A DNA stretch of 64,000 nt from an uncultured Candidatus Saccharibacteria bacterium. Lineage in GTDB: Bacteria > Patescibacteriota > Saccharimonadia > Saccharimonadales > Saccharimonadaceae. Position 1 is the first letter of the stretch, and each line of letters begins with the position of its first letter. The notes under the pieces were generated by a model. The model was not told the DNA's origin. It searched no databases and saw only the letters and a list, made by a program, of their open reading frames with translations. This document shows positions 57,552-64,000 of this stretch, piece by piece. Made by a program: the position numbers and the translations under genes. The DNA lies in the NCBI GenBank assembly GCA_947570505.1, contig CANOTH010000002.1, positions 1,354-65,353 on the forward strand. Direction: 5' to 3'.

Positions 57552-58812
57552 GTAAGACTCCAGTGAGATTAAGTAAATTTTGGAAATATGGTTGCATAGC
57601 GGTAATTTTCTGATAATTAAATTTTGATTTCGGTACGGCAAAAGGCAGTTCTGGGTATCCTGGTAGTTTAAGTTCGTAAGCTTGACGCAGCTCGTCGATT
57701 TCGCCTACGCATTCAAAGGGCTTCATGAATCCATCAACTCCTAAAAGTCCTTTAAATATATCCGTAAGCTCTGGTTTGGTAAAGAGGCTTTGGCCGCCAT
57801 ACAATGAATCTAGCACCTCTGCTTTTATAAAAGGTGCAAACAGTAGATAAGTATTGGCACATTTAGCGCAGGCGCCACACCAGTTAAGCTCACGATTATT
57901 TTTGCCTTGACGATAATTGGCGACATTGCAAGAACTGAATTTATGGCCATATTGGTCCCAGCATTTTTGACTAAATAATTCGGCGATTCTTAGTTCTGAG
58001 AATCCGCGTAGAGGTGAACCAATATGTAAGTCTGGTGAAATATAGCGCATGACGTACTCAGAAAGTAGTTGTTCAGCCGCCCAAGTTTTAGACCATTGAT
58101 GATTGACGGCTAAATCGCCGATATAAGCATGCGCTTCGTTACCCTCGCGGCCGATGCTAGCCATGACGGTATTTTGATGATTGATAATAGCTTGCACTAG
58201 GGCTAAACTTTCTACGATGTAGGTAATTGGCACATGCCCATTCAAACCGCCAGTTTCATGCAGAGCAGTTTTATCGATTTGGCGCTGCAAGATTTGCAGA
58301 TCGCTACTGAGCTCATCAAGCACCACAGGGTGATCCATACTACTGCTGATATATAAATAACTAGGTTTCTGGCTAGCGAATATCGTGGCTGTGAGTAGCG
58401 AATCTTTACCGCCGGATTGCAAACTGAGGATGCCTTGATATGACTCAGCCGGAATAGCTGATCTAGTAGTTTTTGCTTGAGCTGAAAAATGAGCCAAATA
58501 GTCCCGAGTAAGTTGATTCTCAAAAGCAAATTGCGACAAGCCTTCTTGATAAACCTTATTAAAAAATTGAGCTTGGAATTCATCTAGGTGTGTTTCTAAG
58601 CTAATCTCTGCCGTAGGATGAGCTTTGTAGTACGAGGTGCCGATTAATATAAAACTAAGAAATAGCGCACGGTTGATTAATCCGAGATCTAGTGGCTGCT
58701 CACTCGGACAAAATTGTACTTTTTCGGTAAAGTCTGTGCCATCGGAGCCAGTGTAATGAAAACTCGCGCTGAAGGCCTCTGGGTCGAACTGGTAAGATTT
58801 GAATTCAAACAT
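57541..58812 (-). CDS. murL: MurL-like UDP-MurNAc-L-Ala-L-Glu epimerase
   Basis: SYYKA, GGKDS, NGHVP, NHQWSK, WCG.C.KC and KPFECVG motifs; adjacent to murD. Confidence 0.75.
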   Translation of the reverse strand: MFEFKSYQFDPEAFSASFHYTGSDGTDFTEKVQFCPSEQPLDLGLINRALFLSFILIGTSYYKAHPTAEISLETHLDEFQAQFFNKVYQEGLSQFAFENQLTRDYLAHFSAQAKTTRSAIPAESYQGILSLQSGGKDSLLTATIFASQKPSYLYISSSMDHPVVLDELSSDLQILQRQIDKTALHETGGLNGHVPITYIVESLALVQAIINHQNTVMASIGREGNEAHAYIGDLAVNHQWSKTWAAEQLLSEYVMRYISPDLHIGSPLRGFSELRIAELFSQKCWDQYGHKFSSCNVANYRQGKNNRELNWCGACAKCANTYLLFAPFIKAEVLDSLYGGQSLFTKPELTDIFKGLLGVDGFMKPFECVGEIDELRQAYELKLPGYPELPFAVPKSKFNYQKITAMQPYFQNLLNLTGVLHES

Positions 58813-58813
58813 G

Positions 58814-60058
58814 CTAAAGCTCCTGTACGAGTTTTTGGAATTGCTCACCGCGGTCACTGAAGTTTTTGAACATATCAAAAGACGGTGCCCCAGGCGACAT
58901 TAGTAGGACGACGGGTAAATTATGCTTAGGGTTTTGTGCGAGTTCATTGGCGAGCTTACGAGCGGACGCAAAGGCCCCATCTAGTGAATCGCAAATTTGG
59001 TATTTAGTCGGATCTTCGCCTTTAGCCAGAATACTACTAGTTTCCCCAATTAAGAAAACTTTTCGTACATTAGCAGTCTGAAAGATACGATTTTTGGCGG
59101 GTGCAGGGTCAATACCGCGGTCTTTACCGCCGGCAATCAAAATGATATCTTGCTCAGGGAAAGCCGCTAGAGCTACATCAAGAGCTGGAAAGGAAGCTGA
59201 AAAATTGTCGTCATAGTAGGCTACCTGGTTAACCTCGCGCAGAAATTGCAGGCGGTGCGGCAAACCTTTAAAATCGTGTAAAGTTTGTTGAATGGTTGAT
59301 AAATGTTCTTGGATAAATTGGCAAGGATTTTGTCGGTAATAGGCGGCGATAGCGAGTAAGGCAGCTTCGGCATCTTCGCGATTGTGCTGACCGGGCACGG
59401 TTAGGCTGTTAAGCACTTGGTCGATGATTTCACGATCCTTAGTCTTGGGATAACAGTATTTTTGACCTGGTGAAAGCTGGGCGATTTTTTTCGATTCAGC
59501 ATTATCGCGATAATAGATACAATAGTCATAGCTGGTTTGATGTCGAGTAATATTACTTTTTGCGGCGACGTAATCGTCAAAATCTTTGTGAACATTAAGA
59601 TGGTCAGGCTCAATGCGTAAGACTAGGGCGATATGAGGAGAAAAATCTAAATCCCAAAGTTGAAAGCTGCTTAATTCGTAGACTACGACGTCTTCTGGCT
59701 TAACCTGGTCTAGCACGTCCAAGGCTGGGGTACCAATATTCCCTACTAGCCAGACTTTGTGGCCGAGGTGTTCGAGAATACTAGTGATGAAGGAACAGGT
59801 AGTGCCTTTGCCTTTGGTGCCGGTTACTCCAATAATTGGGCAAGGGCATTTGGCGAAAAAATATTTAGTGACACTCGACCAATTACCTTGAGGACGCACA
59901 CTGGGGCTGCGCATCACAAGATCGTAGTCTGCTAAGTGAAAACTTTCAAGGTCTTGACCTTCAAAATGGTCAAAAATTTTGGTTTCATGGTGGGCTTTCT
60001 GAAAGTAGGCGGCGGCGCTTTGGCCCTCTGCCCCATAACCGAGGATTGCGATTTTCAT
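58814..60058 (-). CDS. murD: UDP-MurNAc-L-Ala--glutamate ligase (MurD/MurD2)
   Basis: GTKGKGTT, GNIG, ELSSFQL, DHL, HRL and SPG..SFD motifs. Confidence 0.92.
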   Translation of the reverse strand: MKIAILGYGAEGQSAAAYFQKAHHETKIFDHFEGQDLESFHLADYDLVMRSPSVRPQGNWSSVTKYFFAKCPCPIIGVTGTKGKGTTCSFITSILEHLGHKVWLVGNIGTPALDVLDQVKPEDVVVYELSSFQLWDLDFSPHIALVLRIEPDHLNVHKDFDDYVAAKSNITRHQTSYDYCIYYRDNAESKKIAQLSPGQKYCYPKTKDREIIDQVLNSLTVPGQHNREDAEAALLAIAAYYRQNPCQFIQEHLSTIQQTLHDFKGLPHRLQFLREVNQVAYYDDNFSASFPALDVALAAFPEQDIILIAGGKDRGIDPAPAKNRIFQTANVRKVFLIGETSSILAKGEDPTKYQICDSLDGAFASARKLANELAQNPKHNLPVVLLMSPGAPSFDMFKNFSDRGEQFQKLVQEL

Positions 60059-60094
60059 AACTCTAATTATAGCATATTGAGCAGATTAGTAGAG

Positions 60095-60108
60095 CTTCGT
60101 CCGTAGCG
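60095..60108 (+). repeat. Isolated copy of the cassette 5' motif
   Basis: cttcgtccgtagcg, exact 14 nt match to the cassette start. Confidence 0.55.
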
Positions 60109-60530
60109 ACCATAGGTCGCGTTGACAACGCAGCTAGACTGTCATTTGAGCTTTTGGCTCAAATGACTTTATACTCGTCCGGTTAAGTATCGCCGAGTAA
60201 TTTTTGACGATAGTGTTGATGTAGTTGTGGTGCAGACTTGTGAAGAAATAGCCAAGTGCTACGACATCAATGTTTTGGAGCTTGGTGCTGATAGAGATCA
60301 TATGCATTTCTTGATCCAGTCTGTACCAGATACGGCCCCAGCTGATATTATAAGAATAATAAGTCGCACTGGTTGTGAAGATCAGGGCAAAAATTACGTC
60401 AAAGGCCAAGGTGAAGAATACCACAGACTCTACCGCGGTCAACTTTAAATGTTCGAATAGGACAAACAAAATACCTCGCCCAGGAACCCAAGCGCAGAGC
60501 GAGGGCTCTGCCCCGAGGATGTTTATTGGG
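60106..60530 (+). mobile_element. Degenerate IS200/IS605-family element (truncated tnpA)
   Basis: PVKYRRVIF...DRDHMHFLIQSVP (HUH motif) and YVKGQG; hairpins at 60106-60120, 60141-60167 and ~60471-60521. Confidence 0.75.
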
Positions 60531-60591
60531 TCCTGTTTGTTGACGGCTAATCGTACAAATGATAACTGCTGAGGGCAACTTTGGCGGTTTT

Positions 60592-61872
60592 TTAATCTAG
60601 TACAAATTTCAATTTTGCTGCTAGTTCGTTAATAAGGGCTTTTTCTACTGAGCTAACAGCTACGAGCGCATCAAGACCACCGCCAATGAATTCGCGGGCG
60701 AGCCTCACGATGGTTTCTTTATCAATATTGCGAATCAAATTCGGCATATGATCATACTTTTCTAAAGTTCCATTAGTGAAATACCCATCAGCATAATAAT
60801 CGCAGATCTGCCCTACGGTTTGGGCACCCATCTGATAACGTCCAGTAGCATACGATTTAGCCGCCTCAATATCCTCATTCTTGATATTGCCCCGCAGGAT
60901 TTTATTGATTTCGCGGTGAATTAGGTCAAATAATTTTTCAGCACTTTCGGCATTCACTTCACCATCAAAATCCCATGAAGCATTGTGCCAACTATTGCTG
61001 AGCTCACTACCCATGCTATAGACTAAACCATTTTTGCGGGCTTGCCCAAGAATTTTACTGTTCATAGTGCCATTTAGAATATGATTAAGACAGTTCATGG
61101 CATAGACTTCGGCTGGCAGGAGTTTACGATTGATCATCCAAGTAAAGGCAAAAGTAATATTAGTGGCATCTTTGCGTCTAATTAAGACTGGTGCCGAAGC
61201 ATGGAGTTCGTCAACTGGTATCTCAAATCTTTCGCCGGGTTTTAATTCCCATTGGTTGAGCATTTTAATAATCTTATGCTTACGATGTCGTAAATTCCCC
61301 GCAATAATGAAACGCATATTATGGGCGGTATGGGTGCGGCGATAATGCTCACGGATATCTTTGAGTTCAATATTGGCAATGGTCTTGATGCGCTCTTGTA
61401 AACTAGGTACATCTTCACCGACAATTTGTTGCAATTTGGGCCAGAGCAACCTAGCATAATCATTCATATAGCCAGTCAGCTCAGCGCGGACATTGCCTTT
61501 TTCACTCTGTAATTCATCGTCATTAAAACGGGGCTGAGTAATTGCGACTTGCTGCAATTCCATAATGCGATCCCATTCAAAATCAGCACATTCACTTTCG
61601 TAGCAGACGGAAAAATCCGAAGTCCAAGCATTGTGGTAGGCTCCGTTCTTAGTAAAATCAGCCTCATAAGCCTGCTCATTGCTATACCGTGCGTTGGCAC
61701 CAAAAGCTAGGTGCTCGACAATGTGGGCAATTTCGTAAACTTCTGGACGTTTGGCATAGCGCATACCAGCACGAAACTGCACACGGAGGTTCATGACACT
61801 CGCACTGGGAATATCAATCAACAATCCTTTTGCGCCGGAAGCCAGAATAATTTCTTCGGCGGAGTGTTTTAT
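60592..61872 (-). CDS. M16 family zinc peptidase
   Basis: HIVEH (HxxEH) and NAWT motifs; N-terminus appears to begin at ATA 61872, first TTG at 61824. Confidence 0.85.
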   Translation of the reverse strand: MKHSAEEIILASGAKGLLIDIPSASVMNLRVQFRAGMRYAKRPEVYEIAHIVEHLAFGANARYSNEQAYEADFTKNGAYHNAWTSDFSVCYESECADFEWDRIMELQQVAITQPRFNDDELQSEKGNVRAELTGYMNDYARLLWPKLQQIVGEDVPSLQERIKTIANIELKDIREHYRRTHTAHNMRFIIAGNLRHRKHKIIKMLNQWELKPGERFEIPVDELHASAPVLIRRKDATNITFAFTWMINRKLLPAEVYAMNCLNHILNGTMNSKILGQARKNGLVYSMGSELSNSWHNASWDFDGEVNAESAEKLFDLIHREINKILRGNIKNEDIEAAKSYATGRYQMGAQTVGQICDYYADGYFTNGTLEKYDHMPNLIRNIDKETIVRLAREFIGGGLDALVAVSSVEKALINELAAKLKFVLD

Positions 61873-64000
61873 CGCTGTTTCCCTTTCTTCTTATTCTGAC
61901 GTTGCTTCTTCTTGTCTTTGCGAGCTGCATTACGTTTTTGGCTATAATTTGCTCCGCTTTGGTTACCGTGCGATTCGCTACCTTCTTCAAATTCTTTGTC
62001 AAGATTCTTTTCGCCGGCCGAAACCTCATTCACACCTTTTTCGGTCATGCCCTCAGCCATTTTGGTAAGTTCGGTATCATATTCATCATCGGTGATACCT
62101 TCAGCTACGGCTTCTTGGCGAGTAATACTGAGCAGGATCTTAAGGACTTCTTCGCGCAAGTTCTTCTCTAGTCCTTCAAATAGCTTTTGTGACTCACTAC
62201 GGTATTCTACGAGCGGATCACGTTGACCAATACTGCGCCAGTGGATGCCTTCACGCAAATGTTGCATGTTTTCTAGATGTTGCATCCACAAGGTATCTAA
62301 GACTTTGAGATAGACTTCGCGTTCAATAATACGCATGGTTTCTGCGCCAAATTCCGCTTCGCGTTCTTGATACTGTCGCTCTAATTCTGTAACTACGGCC
62401 TCTGTACGATCTTTTTCTTTGCGCATGTTGCCGATTTTATCTACTAAAGCTTCATCGAATTCAAAAACTGCCAAAAATTCTTCTTTAAACTTCTTATTCA
62501 CTCGGGCGCTATCTCTAGTTAGATCCTCGGCAGCTAATTGCATTAGGTGTTTAATTTCGTTATGGATATTCTCTCCATCTAGAATCTTGCGACGCATGCC
62601 GTAAACAACTTTACGATGGCGGTTAATCACATTATCGTACTGGACAACGTTTTTACGCGAGTCGAAGTTAAAACCTTCAATGCGTTTCTGTGCGGATTCG
62701 AGTGTTTTAGAAACTCTTTTATTCTGAATCGGAGTATCCTCGTCAACTCCCAATCGAGCCATAATCATGGCAATTCGGTCGCCTTGGAAAATGCGCATTA
62801 GATCGTCTTCGCAGCTAACAAAGAACTGGGTAGTGCCAGGATCGCCTTGACGTCCGCCACGTCCACGGAGCTGGTTGTCTACTCGTCTGGAATCGTGCCT
62901 TTCGGAACCAATTACGACTAGTCCGCCTAATTCCTTTACTCCTTCGCCAAGTTTAATATCTGTACCACGTCCAGCTAGGTTCGTAGCTAAGGTAACCGCG
63001 CCTTTTTCTCCGGCTTTAGCAACAATGGCGGCCTCGCGTTCATTATTCTTAGCATTGAGTAGTTCATACTTAATTCCCTGACTGTCCAAATATTTAGCAA
63101 TTAACTCATTCTTAGCAATACTGGCTGACCCTACTAATACTGGTTGACCACGATCATGGTATTTTTTAATCTCAGCAGCGATAGCCTTGAGCTTGCCAGC
63201 CTCAGTACGGTAAATTAAATCATCCTTGTCAACACGTTGAATTGGCCGATTAGGTGGAATCTGGATAACGTCTAGAGCATAAATCTGCTGGAATTCCTCA
63301 GCTTCCGTAAAGGCGGTACCAGTCATACCGGATAATTTATTATAAAGCCTAAAGAAATTCTGGAAGGAAATAGTAGCCAAGGTCATACTTTCTTGTTTGA
63401 CTGCCACACCCTCTTTGGCTTCAATTGCTTGGTGTAAGCCTTCATTATACCTGCGACCCTGCATTAACCTACCAGTATGCTCGTCTACGATTACTACGTC
63501 TCCACTATTAGTGACAACATAGTCTTTATCCCTTTGGAATATAACCTGAGCACGCAAAGCCTGCTCAAGATGATATACGAGCCGAGTATGCTTAGTGGAA
63601 TAGAGGTTCTTGATTCCTAAAATAGCCTGGACTTTATCTACTCCGGCATCAGTTAGAGCTACACTACGGCGCTTTTCGTCGAATACATAATCATCTGGTC
63701 CCAGTCCGGCTACTACTTTGGCGAACTGGTAATATGCATCAGGATTGTCGCCAGCAGGAGCAGAAATAATCAGAGGTGTGCGGGCTTCATCAATTAAGAT
63801 TGAATCTACTTCGTCAACAATAGCGAAATTTAGTCCTCTCTGACGTAAATACTGCGGGTCACTGACCATGTTGTCGCGCAGGTAATCGAAGCCAAATTCG
63901 TTATTAGTGCCGTAAGTGATGTCGGCTTGGTAAGCTTCTTTGCGAGTACAGGGCTTGAGATGTTGGAAACGTTCGTCCTCATGTTCTTCATTCTGGTATT
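61869..64000 (-). CDS. secA: Preprotein translocase SecA (5' part outside window)
   Basis: DEVDSILIDEARTPLIIS, GMTGTA, AGRGTDI and QLRGRGGRQGDPG motifs. Confidence 0.97.
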   Translation of the reverse strand, partial: YQNEEHEDERFQHLKPCTRKEAYQADITYGTNNEFGFDYLRDNMVSDPQYLRQRGLNFAIVDEVDSILIDEARTPLIISAPAGDNPDAYYQFAKVVAGLGPDDYVFDEKRRSVALTDAGVDKVQAILGIKNLYSTKHTRLVYHLEQALRAQVIFQRDKDYVVTNSGDVVIVDEHTGRLMQGRRYNEGLHQAIEAKEGVAVKQESMTLATISFQNFFRLYNKLSGMTGTAFTEAEEFQQIYALDVIQIPPNRPIQRVDKDDLIYRTEAGKLKAIAAEIKKYHDRGQPVLVGSASIAKNELIAKYLDSQGIKYELLNAKNNEREAAIVAKAGEKGAVTLATNLAGRGTDIKLGEGVKELGGLVVIGSERHDSRRVDNQLRGRGGRQGDPGTTQFFVSCEDDLMRIFQGDRIAMIMARLGVDEDTPIQNKRVSKTLESAQKRIEGFNFDSRKNVVQYDNVINRHRKVVYGMRRKILDGENIHNEIKHLMQLAAEDLTRDSARVNKKFKEEFLAVFEFDEALVDKIGNMRKEKDRTEAVVTELERQYQEREAEFGAETMRIIEREVYLKVLDTLWMQHLENMQHLREGIHWRSIGQRDPLVEYRSESQKLFEGLEKNLREEVLKILLSITRQEAVAEGITDDEYDTELTKMAEGMTEKGVNEVSAGEKNLDKEFEEGSESHGNQSGANYSQKRNAARKDKKKQRQNKKKGKQR

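Overview
Bacterial chromosomal segment whose gene set and promoter style suggest Candidatus Saccharibacteria (TM7/CPR); this taxonomic call is an inference. Housekeeping genes: dus, der, gltX, metK, xth, smpB, ftsEX, prfB, murD, a MurL-like epimerase and secA. Also present are tRNA-Glu(CTC), tRNA-Leu(CAA), an ~11 kb serine-recombinase element integrated at tRNA-Leu, a truncated OLD-family nuclease insertion and an IS200 remnant. The main unexplained signal is a dispersed family of ~200 bp minus-strand repeats encoding an 'FVRSG...G(F/I/L)PVRCL' C-terminal ligand-binding-type segment. One copy (15219-15415) looks like a diversity-generating-retroelement (DGR) template: it is AAY-codon rich, has a distinct 3' end and differs from the 6.2 kb copy mainly at adenines. 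Three variable-region-like copies (6.2, 13.1, 48.5 kb) keep open frames but have no gene body. Isolated 3'-end (45841) and 5'-end (60095) motifs also occur, and no reverse transcriptase is in the window. A second pattern: housekeeping genes look leaderless, while scattered orphan genes share one extended promoter, leader and Shine-Dalgarno (SD) module. All calls come from manual reading; no database searches were run.
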